Shown one piece after another: positions 35,814 through 45,410 of a stretch of 64,000 nt of DNA (position 1 is the stretch's first letter; each line of letters starts with the position of its first letter). A program made the position numbers and the translations under genes. The stretch is from assembly GCA_017407645.1 (NCBI GenBank), contig JAFQWE010000041.1, positions 723-64,722 of the forward strand, read 5' to 3'. Below the pieces are notes generated by a model, which was given only the letters and a program-made list of their open reading frames with translations, ran no database searches and was not told where the DNA came from. This DNA is from Clostridia bacterium (lineage in GTDB: Bacteria; Bacillota; Clostridia; Oscillospirales; Acutalibacteraceae).

Positions 35814-36733
35814 CCTTGTTTCAGCTCCTTAAATAAGTCTTCAAACAAAGCATCCCTTTCAATTCTATACACATATTTGATAAAATGTCTGTTGCCGTCA
35901 AAAGCATAATGATAATCATATTCGGGAATAGGACTTTGAATTAGCCTGTCACACATAAACCTGTTATCCTCATTCATAAGCCATGCAACTGCGGTTATAT
36001 CCCAAATTACCCGTGACCAAGGCTTGCCCAAAGCGTAAGAATTGGCTTCGTCAATGGTGTTTTGCGCCAAATAATCGCTTAAAGCATTTTTGCCCTTAAG
36101 CCAATACGTGAGTTCAGGTGCGGTTGTTGATACTCTGTCCACAACGCCAATGCAAGGAAGCTGAACAAGGGGTATTCCGCAACCGAAAACAACCCTTGCC
36201 GCCGCAATATCCTGCTTCATATTAAATTCTGACGCGCCAAGTGGGGTATCGATCGAATGACCACCCAACCACACTACAACGCAGGTCTCTTTCATCTGCG
36301 GATTTTTCAGTATTGCCGAGGCAACATTGGTTATAGCACCGATTGCAACAATGTAAAGAGGGTTTTCGGCTGAATACTTTTTTGAAAGGGTTGCCATAAA
36401 ATCGGCAGCTTCCGATTCTATCGGATTAGACTCGTCAGACAAATAATTTCTTGACCCTTTATAGACCAGCTGTTTTACCTCGTTTTCGTTTGCCAAATCC
36501 AACAGCTTAAATATTTCGTTATAGCTTTTTTCCATACCGTCCTCGGCAGAGGAGGATTTGCCGTTTAGAAAAGGCGCTGCACAAATACCCTTGATGTTGA
36601 ATTTATGCTTGCATTTGAGCATATAGCTTATAGCAAATTGGTCATCTATTTCGTTATAAGCATCGGTGTCAAGCACCACGTCAATCTTGCCCTTTGGTGC
36701 AGAGAGATTTTTTAAATACTGTTCTTGTGTCAT
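35810..36733 (-). CDS. nucleoside hydrolase
   Basis: VLDTDAYNEIDDQFAI (DxDxxxDD). ATG at 36733 follows AAAGGAG (track start 36757). ATGA overlap with rbsK. Confidence 0.8.
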   Translation of the reverse strand: MTQEQYLKNLSAPKGKIDVVLDTDAYNEIDDQFAISYMLKCKHKFNIKGICAAPFLNGKSSSAEDGMEKSYNEIFKLLDLANENEVKQLVYKGSRNYLSDESNPIESEAADFMATLSKKYSAENPLYIVAIGAITNVASAILKNPQMKETCVVVWLGGHSIDTPLGASEFNMKQDIAAARVVFGCGIPLVQLPCIGVVDRVSTTAPELTYWLKGKNALSDYLAQNTIDEANSYALGKPWSRVIWDITAVAWLMNEDNRFMCDRLIQSPIPEYDYHYAFDGNRHFIKYVYRIERDALFEDLFKELKQG

Positions 36734-36891
36734 AGCACACACTCCTTTAAGTTGCAAGCATTAAAGCAACAAACTACAGTCTGCAATGATATAATAGCAA
36801 AATGTATACAAGTAGTCAAGGTTGCAGAATTCACCTTTACAAGCCCTACAAAAAATGATAATATAAAAGCAACAAACAAGGAGTTGATAAT

Positions 36892-37941
36892 ATGAGCGAC
36901 ATTTCAAAAATTGACCGTAATTTTGACGTTAAAACATCACTGCCGATAGATAATCTTAAATTTTATTCCACTTTGGAAGAGCCTTTTAAGGTATACGGAG
37001 TGTTTTATGAAAACGGGTGCTTCCGCAGACTGCCCGAAAAGGTGGCGCAATCGGTTAGCGAGGGCGTTTATCGGTTGCACACCAACTGTGCCGGCGGCAG
37101 AGTAAAATTCGTTACCGACAGTGATTTTGTGGTTGTTAAGGTCTTTTTGAACAGTGCAGGTAAGATGCCTCACTTCCCTCTTACAGGCTCCGTAGGACTT
37201 GATATGTACGTAGGTAAAAAAGAGGAATATTACCGCTCCTTCATTCCGCCTTTTGACGTTACCGACCAGTTTGAGAGCATACAGTATTTTGACAGCCGTA
37301 AAAAGCGTGAAATCACCATCAATCTGCCTCTTTACAGTGGTATATCTCAGTTGTATATCGGATTAAATGAAGATGCGGTGGTTTTGAAAGCAGACGATTA
37401 TAGGCATAAAAAGCCCATTGTCTTTTACGGCTCCTCAATTACTCAGGGCGGATGCGCATCTCGCCCCGGCAACAGCTACCAAAGTATCGCTTGCCGCCAG
37501 CTTCAGTCAGACCACGTTAACCTTGGATTTTCGGGCAATGCAAAAGCCGAGGATGAAATTGCCAATTACATTAAAAATTTGGATATGTCGGTCTTTGTTT
37601 ATGACTATGACCACAACGCTCCAAACAAAGAGCATTTATCTGCCACCCATCAAAAAATGTTTAACGTTATCAGAAAGGCTAATCCCAATCTGCCCATAGT
37701 CATAATGTCTCGCCCAAAATACAGACCCACTGAAGAAGAAAAGGCACGACTTGAGATAATAAGAAAGACCTATAACGATGCCATTGCCTCAGGTGATAAG
37801 AACGTTTATCTTATTGAGGGCAAGGAGCTTATGAAATATGCAAAGAACAACGGCACCGTTGACAACTGTCATCCCAACGATTTAGGCTTTTATTCCATGG
37901 CAAAGGTTGTTGCAAAACAATTAAAGGAAATACTGAAGTAA
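36892..37941 (+). CDS. SGNH/GDSL hydrolase family esterase
   Basis: VFYGSSITQGG and DNCHPNDLGF. Confidence 0.75.
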   Translation: MSDISKIDRNFDVKTSLPIDNLKFYSTLEEPFKVYGVFYENGCFRRLPEKVAQSVSEGVYRLHTNCAGGRVKFVTDSDFVVVKVFLNSAGKMPHFPLTGSVGLDMYVGKKEEYYRSFIPPFDVTDQFESIQYFDSRKKREITINLPLYSGISQLYIGLNEDAVVLKADDYRHKKPIVFYGSSITQGGCASRPGNSYQSIACRQLQSDHVNLGFSGNAKAEDEIANYIKNLDMSVFVYDYDHNAPNKEHLSATHQKMFNVIRKANPNLPIVIMSRPKYRPTEEEKARLEIIRKTYNDAIASGDKNVYLIEGKELMKYAKNNGTVDNCHPNDLGFYSMAKVVAKQLKEILK

Positions 37942-37977
37942 AACAAGGCTTGACCGATTGGTCAAGCCTTGTTTTTT
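37941..37977. terminator. bidirectional terminator; stem recurs at 43430..43455
   Basis: aaacaaggcttgacc-gatt-ggtcaagccttgtttttt fills the gap between the two convergent stop codons. Confidence 0.8.
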
Positions 37978-39052
37978 ACCTATTATCTGCCAGCTTATTA
38001 AAGTAAGTAATAAGCTCGATTTCTTTGGGGTCATATGGTCGCAAATTGGGCCTAAACAAATCGTGTTGCCATTTGGTAAAGTCAAGATTTTGACCTTCGC
38101 CCTTATCGACCAGCTCCCACATATAATCCCAGGGCTCGTTAGTCTGGGTCTTGCCGATAACAAATCCCCAACAATAGTTTGCTACGTTTTCAATGTAAAG
38201 CAAAGGATAAATCTCTGCAACGTTGTTGTGATTTATGCGATGGAGCCATTCGGTTACAAAAATGGGACGGTTTAATTTTTTAAGTTCGCTTATATTCTCT
38301 ACAAACCATCTGTATTCAGAATAAGAATGGAAACTGATAACATCCGACTGTTCAAGGGCATATGCCTCTTCCTTAGTTTTTGTTACACCCTTGTCGAAGC
38401 CGCGCCACACGTCTGCGCAAAGAGGCTGAATGGGGTCCTCTGCGCGCACTGCCTTAAATAAAATTTCAAGAAATTCTATGGCAAGTTCGCCGCGCTCAAT
38501 ACCCGGCTCATTCCAAACATTCCAACAAAAAATTCTGTCATCACTGCGATATTTTCTGACAATTCTTGTTACCATTTCTACAAACTTATCTTTAAGCTCG
38601 GGGTATTCCATATAATGATGGGGCTCAAGTGCTTTATATTCATCAGTCATTGGAAAACGTCCCTGATGATAACCCATAGCATATGCCTGTTCTCCTAATT
38701 TTTTGGGAACAAAAACGTCCCCGCGAGGCAAATCCTCCTCATATCCCAACACAAGCATTACCTTTTGGCCGTGCTTGTGGCAAAGAAGGAGATATTGCTC
38801 AAGTATTTCCATAAATGAGTCAGGCTCTTCATAATACACGTCAAAGTTTGCCCACAAACGCACTGTATTAAAGCCTATCTTTTTGGCAAGTGCTAATTCT
38901 CGGTCGGCGGTTGCAAGTTTCTCTTCACTTTTATAGCTTTGCCACATATCAAGTCGGTTTGCACAGTCACTGCCTATAAAATTGCATCCTCTGAGCCAGC
39001 CTAACTTTTCATACCAACTGTTTGCTTCTTCCGCTGTCCATTGTCTTTTCAT
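37976..39052 (-). CDS. clan GH-A glycoside hydrolase (GH5-like)
   Basis: FNTVRLW and CWNVWNEPG (NEP acid/base). ATG at 39052 lies 5 nt after GAGGTGA (track start 39061). Confidence 0.6.
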   Translation of the reverse strand: MKRQWTAEEANSWYEKLGWLRGCNFIGSDCANRLDMWQSYKSEEKLATADRELALAKKIGFNTVRLWANFDVYYEEPDSFMEILEQYLLLCHKHGQKVMLVLGYEEDLPRGDVFVPKKLGEQAYAMGYHQGRFPMTDEYKALEPHHYMEYPELKDKFVEMVTRIVRKYRSDDRIFCWNVWNEPGIERGELAIEFLEILFKAVRAEDPIQPLCADVWRGFDKGVTKTKEEAYALEQSDVISFHSYSEYRWFVENISELKKLNRPIFVTEWLHRINHNNVAEIYPLLYIENVANYCWGFVIGKTQTNEPWDYMWELVDKGEGQNLDFTKWQHDLFRPNLRPYDPKEIELITYFNKLADNR

Positions 39053-39070
39053 AAACGTCACCTCATAGAA

Positions 39071-40975
39071 TTAGTTTAAATATTCGCACCGTCGGATAAT
39101 ATGGTTTTGATATTCCTTATCCAACTCGTTAAAATAGCCGCTCCAACCCCACACACGAACTATAAGATTGGGATGCTTTTCAGGATGCTTTTGGGCATCA
39201 AGCAGGCGCTCTCGGTTAATTGAGTTAAGCTGCAACTGATGACCGCCCATATCTATAAATAGTTTTACAAGCATTGCTGTTTTTTCTATACCGATATCGT
39301 TTTTTAACACCGAATCGTGTATTTCCAAAGTAAGTGGGCCGCCGTTTATAATTTCAGTCATATCGTATTTGGTAAAAGACTGAATTATTGAAAGAAGCCC
39401 GCTTGCTTTCACGTCAAGGGATGGTGAGAAACTTGAGGAATATGGCTCAAATGCCTTTCTGCCGTCTGCTGTTGCGGGACATTTTGCGGCGCTTAAAATA
39501 TACTCCATCGCACTGCCTGTTCCTGCACGCCAAATTCCGCCATTGCCGTTAGGTTTGTTGTTCATATTTTTCGAAAAGCACGCCATTATTTGAGTTGCGA
39601 TATCATCTGCAATTTCGTCGTTGTTTCCCATTTTAGAGCAATTTCTCAAACTGCTTCTTAAATCGCTGAATCCCTCAAAATTATTTTCTAACGCTTCAAG
39701 CAATTGAGATACGCTAACTGTTTTTTTATCAAAAATACACTGTTTTACCGCCGTCAAGGCATCGGTTGCATTTGCTATTCCCGTTCCGTGACATCCGTAA
39801 TTTTTATATTTTGCACCCCTCCACATATCCGTAAGCGTTTCTATACATCCGTCGGTAAACATTGACAAAAGCGGCTGCTCAGGATGCTGAAAATCGCAGC
39901 AAGATTCAACAATTCTGTCACATTCTTTGGCTATAGCTTTTTCTACACAACCCATAAAAGTTGCAAAACTGTCGCAATTACACAACTTTTCCGTTATAAC
40001 CTTATTAACCACCAAAGGAAAATTCATTACGCTCATATTGGGAATGTCTGCTCCGCAACCTGAGGGAATGTACTCCCAACAAGCCGCAACGCCGTAATCA
40101 ACGGCATCTTTGGCATCGTAGCCTAATTTTATCAGTCCCGGGACAACAACATCATCGTTGCAATACTGGGGAAAGCCCAACCCCTGCTTTGTAAGTTTGG
40201 TAGCTTTTATATACACCTCTTTGGGTGTATTTTTACCCACACGAAGATTTATTTTTGGGTCTATCAGATTCAGCTCAAGGGATGCATCCATACACATATC
40301 GGTCAGTTGGTTATACATACTGTTTCCGCACTCATCAAAGCCGCCAAGCACCATACTTTGACCGTTATCCCCCAGTTGTATGCCCGGATATAAATCACCG
40401 TCATAATTTAAAGAAACAAAAAATGCCTCTAAGGTTTCAAACAGTTCTTCATCCGATACGCCTCTGTTTTTGTCATTTATAAAATAGGGGTACATATATT
40501 GGTCAAAGCGTCCCAAACATATATGCTCGGTATTTGCCGTACGCAAAAAATAAATGCAAATTTTCATAAACAAGCATGCTTCAAAAAAAGTAGTTGCGCT
40601 CTTATGAGGAACTCTTTGCAGAGCGTTATATAATCGGGAATTTGATTTAACCTTTTCACGATATTCATCACAAATGCGAATACATTCGACCATTTTTTCA
40701 AGCATTTTTTTGCCATATTCTATTTTGCTCTGTTCGGTTGCCTTTGAAATCGAAAACTCAATCTCTCTGCGAATTTCATCAAAGCCCTTAGATATAATTC
40801 TTTTGTAGCTTGGAATAACGTTGCCACCTAAACTATGCTTTTTTTCATTATTGCCAATGTGAAACCCAAAAACGTCAACAGGATATAATATTGGTTCGGA
40901 AGTAGTTTTTGTTCTGTATTTTTTATAGCTTTGGTCCTTTAACTGTTTAACTAATGCTTCAATGTTTTTTGTCAT
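39071..40975 (-). CDS. glycyl radical enzyme, unusually short (634 aa), unknown substrate
   Basis: Glycyl loop RVWGWSGYF near the C-terminus. Cys loop VAACWEY (Cys-x-Glu). ADGRKA motif. RBS GAGGTGA. Confidence 0.8.
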   Translation of the reverse strand: MTKNIEALVKQLKDQSYKKYRTKTTSEPILYPVDVFGFHIGNNEKKHSLGGNVIPSYKRIISKGFDEIRREIEFSISKATEQSKIEYGKKMLEKMVECIRICDEYREKVKSNSRLYNALQRVPHKSATTFFEACLFMKICIYFLRTANTEHICLGRFDQYMYPYFINDKNRGVSDEELFETLEAFFVSLNYDGDLYPGIQLGDNGQSMVLGGFDECGNSMYNQLTDMCMDASLELNLIDPKINLRVGKNTPKEVYIKATKLTKQGLGFPQYCNDDVVVPGLIKLGYDAKDAVDYGVAACWEYIPSGCGADIPNMSVMNFPLVVNKVITEKLCNCDSFATFMGCVEKAIAKECDRIVESCCDFQHPEQPLLSMFTDGCIETLTDMWRGAKYKNYGCHGTGIANATDALTAVKQCIFDKKTVSVSQLLEALENNFEGFSDLRSSLRNCSKMGNNDEIADDIATQIMACFSKNMNNKPNGNGGIWRAGTGSAMEYILSAAKCPATADGRKAFEPYSSSFSPSLDVKASGLLSIIQSFTKYDMTEIINGGPLTLEIHDSVLKNDIGIEKTAMLVKLFIDMGGHQLQLNSINRERLLDAQKHPEKHPNLIVRVWGWSGYFNELDKEYQNHIIRRCEYLN

Positions 40976-40984
40976 ACCGTCACC

Positions 40985-41827
40985 TCACAGAATTTTAAAT
41001 GCAACGTTGTTTTTTCTTAGAATTCTTTCGGGCACCTTAACCGCCACACGCTCATCAAAATCGGGTCTGTATTCCCTGCAAAGCATTTTATATTTTGCGC
41101 CTGCCATTTGGTTGTAAGGCAGCAATTCAACATAATTTACTCCGCTTTGCTTGAGCAGATTAACTATGCCGCATATATTTTCGTCACTGTCGGTAACCGT
41201 GGGAATAAGGGGTATTCTTACCACAAATTCCCTTCCGCTTGATGCAAGAAAAGAAAAATTGTTCAAAATAACAGCGTTAGACACACCTGTGTATTTGCGA
41301 TGTAACCTGTCGTCTGCAAGTTTTAAATCAAACAAAAAGTAGTCTGCCATTCCAACAACCTTTTTGAAAGTTTGTGTGTCACAGTATCCGCTTGTCTGAA
41401 TTGCAGTGTGAATTTTACCCTTAAGCTTTGTTAAGCAGTCAAGCAAAAAATCGCTTTGCGCAAGCGGCTCGCCGCCCGAGAAGGTTACGCCGCCACTCTG
41501 CAGCATATTTTGATTTTTAAGAAGTTTTTCGCACAACTGCTCGCTGCTTATATTTTCACCGCTATAACGCAACAGCCCCATCGGACAGTTTTTAATACCG
41601 TCATCTGTAAAAACGGTTTTACCGTCAACAATATCAGCAACGTTTATGCAGTTGTTACAATTTATACAGCCGTTAGGACTTCTGACAATTTCTTTATTAT
41701 AACTTTGCCCCTCGGGATTATGGCACCAGCTACATCTTAAAGGACAGCCTTTTAAAAAGACGGTCGTTCTTATACCCGGCCCGTCATAAACAGAAAACTC
41801 TTCAATGCTGAAAATTAGTCCCTGCAT
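40985..41827 (-). CDS. glycyl radical enzyme activating enzyme (radical SAM)
   Basis: CPLRCSWCHNPE plus an auxiliary Cys motif CINCNNC...C. Lies 9 nt upstream of the GRE gene. Confidence 0.85.
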   Translation of the reverse strand: MQGLIFSIEEFSVYDGPGIRTTVFLKGCPLRCSWCHNPEGQSYNKEIVRSPNGCINCNNCINVADIVDGKTVFTDDGIKNCPMGLLRYSGENISSEQLCEKLLKNQNMLQSGGVTFSGGEPLAQSDFLLDCLTKLKGKIHTAIQTSGYCDTQTFKKVVGMADYFLFDLKLADDRLHRKYTGVSNAVILNNFSFLASSGREFVVRIPLIPTVTDSDENICGIVNLLKQSGVNYVELLPYNQMAGAKYKMLCREYRPDFDERVAVKVPERILRKNNVAFKIL

Positions 41828-41928
41828 ATAAACCTCTCCTTTGTTTTTATGTTAGAATCACATCGTTGACAAATCAAGAATTTTGTTATAAAATTATAGA
41901 CAAAAGTTAAGATTTTGGAGGTGACTGT

Positions 41929-42702
41929 ATGATTCTGCATCAAGTAGATAATTCTCGCGGAAACTATCACTACAACTCATATATTTATGACGATATTCTT
42001 TGGCCCGCTCACTTTCACGGAAGTTTTGAACTTATGTACGTTATAGAGGGAAGTGTGGACATTTCGGTCAACGGAGTTACAGACATTTTGCAACAGGGAG
42101 AACTGATTCTTATATCACCCTATAACATCCATTCGCTTAAGGTTATTGAAGGCAAAACGTGGGTAGGCGTTTTTTCGGAGGATTTTGTCACCTCGTATGC
42201 CAAAAAACACAAAAGCACTCAATACTCAAAATTCAAATGTAATACAGATATTGAAGAAATACTTAAAAAACTTCTTTTCACCTTGGAAAACCACGACAGA
42301 TATTTGTGCATATCCCTTCTGTATATGGTTTGTAACGAGTGCGTTAAAAACGCCCACCTGCACAACTCTCAGCAAAGCAATGAATTTATCCATAACGTTA
42401 TAACCTACATAAGTGAGAATATCAGCAAAGATATTTCTTTAAAAGATATTGCAAGCAAAATGAACTATGAGTACCATTACTTCTCTTGCCTTTTCAACCA
42501 GTGTTTTTCTACAAACTTTAAAAGCTTTATAAATCTTTTGCGCATTGAAAAGGCCTGTGCCCTTTTAAAAGAAAGCAAATGCACAATAACCTCTGTCAGT
42601 GAAGCCTGCGGTTTTGCCAGCATCCGAAACTTCAACAGAGTTTTTAAAAGTGTTTGCGACTGCACCCCTCAGGAATACCGTAAGATTCAAGGTTCAGTAT
42701 AA
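41929..42702 (+). CDS. AraC family transcriptional regulator
   Basis: Cupin N-terminus and a C-terminal HTH (ITSVSEACGFASIRNFNRVFKSVCDCTPQEYR). Confidence 0.85.
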   Translation: MILHQVDNSRGNYHYNSYIYDDILWPAHFHGSFELMYVIEGSVDISVNGVTDILQQGELILISPYNIHSLKVIEGKTWVGVFSEDFVTSYAKKHKSTQYSKFKCNTDIEEILKKLLFTLENHDRYLCISLLYMVCNECVKNAHLHNSQQSNEFIHNVITYISENISKDISLKDIASKMNYEYHYFSCLFNQCFSTNFKSFINLLRIEKACALLKESKCTITSVSEACGFASIRNFNRVFKSVCDCTPQEYRKIQGSV

Positions 42703-42727
42703 ACAGTTTAATAATTTTAAAATAAAC

Positions 42728-42754
42728 ATCCCCCGGTAAAACCGGGGGTTTTTC
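42728..42754 (+). terminator. rho-independent terminator
   Basis: cccccgg-taaaa-ccggggg plus T5. Confidence 0.8.
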
Positions 42755-42769
42755 ACATGCGGGCAAAGC

Positions 42770-43425
42770 CCTGTATTCCTCGCTACGCGTCAAACGCGTA
42801 AGTACGACTGCCAACTGCGTAAGATTGTTACTTGCCGCTCATAAACGAGCCGTTATCGCTGAAGGTTAACTGTTCTCCAAGCATATCCTCTTTTAATTGG
42901 TTGGCTATGTATTCTGCAATTCGGCTCTCGTTTTTGCCTACCGTATCTACGTAATATCCTTTGCACCAAAACTCTTTGTTTCGGTATTTGTATTTTAATT
43001 CGCCGAATTGCTCGTATAGCATTGTGCTGCTTTTTCCTTTCAGGTACCCCATGAAAGATGACACGCTTATTTTAGGCGGCACCTCCACCAGCATATGTAT
43101 ATGGTCTGGGCACACCTCCGCTTCTATTATTTTTACGACCTTCCATTCGCACAACTGCCTCAATATCTTTCCTATTGCTGCTTTCTTTTCTTTAAAAAAC
43201 ACCTTTCTACGATATTTTGGTGCAAACACTATATGATATTTGCAATTCCACTTTGTGTGTGATAAACTATTTATGTCGTTCATTCCCATTTTGAATGACC
43301 TCCCTTTGTGTTTTTTATTGCAGTTGGCAGACCGCAATCTTATTATACACAAAGGGAGTTTTTATTCTATTTTCAACTATATAATTCTTACCGAACCACG
43401 CGTCTAACGCGTGGTTTTCGTTATA
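42770..43425 (-). mobile_element. IS200-type insertion sequence (IS200/IS605 family, tnpA only); ends approximate
   Basis: Y1 transposase gene. Subterminal hairpins tacgcgt-caa-acgcgta (42784..42800) and aaccacgcgt-cta-acgcgtggtt (43394..43416). A 12-bp stem (43300..43311 with 43347..43358) sequesters the RBS, as known for IS200. Confidence 0.75.
42828..43289 (-). CDS. tnpA: IS200/IS605 family transposase TnpA (HUH Y1)
   Basis: HTKWNCKYHIVFAPKYRRK...PDHIHMLV...GYYVDTVG. ATG at 43289 follows AGGGAGG (track start 43352 is an extension). Confidence 0.9.
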   Translation of the reverse strand: MGMNDINSLSHTKWNCKYHIVFAPKYRRKVFFKEKKAAIGKILRQLCEWKVVKIIEAEVCPDHIHMLVEVPPKISVSSFMGYLKGKSSTMLYEQFGELKYKYRNKEFWCKGYYVDTVGKNESRIAEYIANQLKEDMLGEQLTFSDNGSFMSGK

Positions 43426-43429
43426 CAAT

Positions 43430-43455
43430 AAGGCTTGACCGGTTGGTCAAGCCTT
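43430..43455. repeat. hairpin copy of the 37941 terminator stem, lacking a T-run
   Basis: aaggcttgacc-ggtt-ggtcaagcctt. Confidence 0.6.
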
Positions 43456-43467
43456 TCTCTGTATGTG

Positions 43468-43514
43468 CGGAACGGGTTTATCCGTTCCGTTCGCGGAATG
43501 CATAAATGCATTCC
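43468..43514. repeat. twin perfect 8-bp hairpins (REP-like)
   Basis: cggaacgg-gtttat-ccgttccg and ggaatgca-taaa-tgcattcc. Confidence 0.5.
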
Positions 43515-43582
43515 CTACAATTAAAACAACGTGGTTATTCGGTAAATCAAGTCTATGCTTGTCAATTATGGGTCATTTGCTT

Positions 43583-43629
43583 GCAAAAATATTTACATTA
43601 AAATGACAATGTGATATAATGAAATAAAG
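43583..43629 (+). promoter_or_regulatory. promoter module P1 (extended -10 sigma-A promoter), duplicated at 44420..44466
   Basis: gcaaaaatatTTTACAt, 11 variable nt, tgTGaTATAATgaaataaag. The -35 to -10 spacing is 17. Confidence 0.7.
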
Positions 43630-43641
43630 GACGGTGTATAT

Positions 43642-44334
43642 ATGAACAACAAACGAAAGGCCATTACATTCAGCTATGATGATGGTGTTACACAGGATAT
43701 ACGTTTAATCGAGTTACTTAATAAGTATGGATTAAAATGTACATTTAACCTTAACTCGGAATTGTTAGGCAGAAAAGGTATATTGGATCGCGAAGGACAA
43801 AGAATCTCACATTATAAGATTCATCCCGAGGATGTAAAAAGTGTGTATGAAGGGCACGAGGTAGCAGTACACACCTTGACACATCCCAACCTTACCCAAT
43901 TAACCGATGCTGAGATTATAAATCAAGTTGAGCAAGACCGCGTAAATCTGTCCGAGTTGGTAGGATACGATGTCATCGGTATGGCGTATCCTTGCGGCGG
44001 TGTAAACAACGACGATCGTACTGCTAAAATTATACGAGAAAATACGGGTGTAAAATATTGCCGCACCATCACCTGCAACAACAGTTTTGTTTTACAGGAT
44101 AATTTATACCGATTTAACCCCAGTGCCTACCATTTGGATTTTGACAATCTGATGTGCTTGGGACAGCAATTTGTTGATTTGGATGCCAAAACTCCGCAGA
44201 TATTTTACGTATGGGGACATTCCTACGAAATGGACTTTTCTCCTGATTATTGGATTCGGTTAGAAGAATTTTTCAAGCTGATTAGTAATAGAAGTGATAT
44301 CTTTTACGGAACAAACAAAGAAGTTTTACTATAA
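43642..44334 (+). CDS. polysaccharide deacetylase (CE4/NodB) family protein, no signal peptide
   Basis: ITFSYDDGV and HTLTHP. Confidence 0.8.
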   Translation: MNNKRKAITFSYDDGVTQDIRLIELLNKYGLKCTFNLNSELLGRKGILDREGQRISHYKIHPEDVKSVYEGHEVAVHTLTHPNLTQLTDAEIINQVEQDRVNLSELVGYDVIGMAYPCGGVNNDDRTAKIIRENTGVKYCRTITCNNSFVLQDNLYRFNPSAYHLDFDNLMCLGQQFVDLDAKTPQIFYVWGHSYEMDFSPDYWIRLEEFFKLISNRSDIFYGTNKEVLL

Positions 44335-44340
44335 ATTTGG

Positions 44341-44368
44341 AAGCGGCGGATTTTTCCGTCGCTTTTTT
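44341..44368 (+). terminator. terminator T1, same stem as 45413..45437
   Basis: aagcggcgga-tttt-tccgtcgctt plus a T-run. Confidence 0.75.
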
Positions 44369-44419
44369 GTATAGCAACATCGTTATCCAACACATAGTCC
44401 TCTGCTGCACACCATTTTT

Positions 44420-44466
44420 GCAAAAATATTTACATAAAGTCGGCGGTGTGATATAATGAAATAAAG
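44420..44466 (+). promoter_or_regulatory. promoter module P2, copy of P1
   Basis: Same 16-nt and 20-nt blocks. TTTACA (44429..44434), 17 nt, TATAAT (44452..44457). Confidence 0.7.
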
Positions 44467-44481
44467 TGAGGAGGTAATAGT

Positions 44482-45408
44482 ATGAAACTCAAAATCCTAG
44501 TAAAAATCATCGAAAAACTATTCGGTATGATGCCGGAAGATGACCAACCCCGTGCAGACATGTTTCTTCCCGACCGACTTTTAGCTATGGCTCTTGTGTT
44601 TTTAGCAGGCGGTGCAATATGCGCTATTATTGCTGTTTTTAAGTTTGCAATATGGGCAATCGTTTGTGCTGTTTTGGGTATTGTGCTTGGAGTTTTTGCC
44701 GTTCTTTGTTGGAAAAATCAATCTATCCACATAATTTCAAACGATCAATTTACATATACTACTATGTTTGGTAATACCTATACCTATTCTTTTTCTGATA
44801 TTCAAGGACTTCGTAGAAATCAAGATTCTATGACACTATTTGTTGCTAGCAAAAAAGTGCACATTGAAGCCATGGCTATTATTAGCGATCGATTGATAGA
44901 GCGTATTAATAAAGCGTTGTTGTTTGATGAAAAATATGTCCAAATGTCTGCATCGGAATTATCGAAACTTACAGATGATGAAATCCTCAATGCCGTATGG
45001 ACGCGTACAGAAAATATTGTATCATCCAAAGAGAATTTGCTCGAAGGTTTTAATTCTCTTAATGAAGAACAACGCATATTTTATGCTGTTAACTATCTGG
45101 AAATGGAAGTTAACAATGGTGGGCTTTGTCAGTTCTTTGTAAACTCCAGTCGCATAGTTGCGCCTGTTGTCAGCGATTATATGGGAATTATTGGAGCATC
45201 TGAACATAAGAAATTGTACGATACCTTTATCGAAAAGTATCAAATCAACACCTATGACCTGTCTTCTTTTGACTGTGAAACTGTTGAAGTTTTTCAATCA
45301 CAGTATGAACGTTACCCCTTTGATGAATACGATGATGTATTTTATGAATTGGAGCCTTTGCAAAATTATTTGATTTCCTTTGTAAGGAAACATATCAAGA
45401 AATTTTAA
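44482..45408 (+). CDS. membrane-anchored DMP19/DUF4375-like protein
   Basis: Two TM helices (LAMALVFLAGGAICAIIAVF, IWAIVCAVLGIVLGVFAVLCW). C-terminal FYAVNYLEMEVNNGGLCQFFVNS resembles the DMP19 C-terminal domain. Confidence 0.6.
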   Translation: MKLKILVKIIEKLFGMMPEDDQPRADMFLPDRLLAMALVFLAGGAICAIIAVFKFAIWAIVCAVLGIVLGVFAVLCWKNQSIHIISNDQFTYTTMFGNTYTYSFSDIQGLRRNQDSMTLFVASKKVHIEAMAIISDRLIERINKALLFDEKYVQMSASELSKLTDDEILNAVWTRTENIVSSKENLLEGFNSLNEEQRIFYAVNYLEMEVNNGGLCQFFVNSSRIVAPVVSDYMGIIGASEHKKLYDTFIEKYQINTYDLSSFDCETVEVFQSQYERYPFDEYDDVFYELEPLQNYLISFVRKHIKKF

Positions 45409-45410
45409 AA

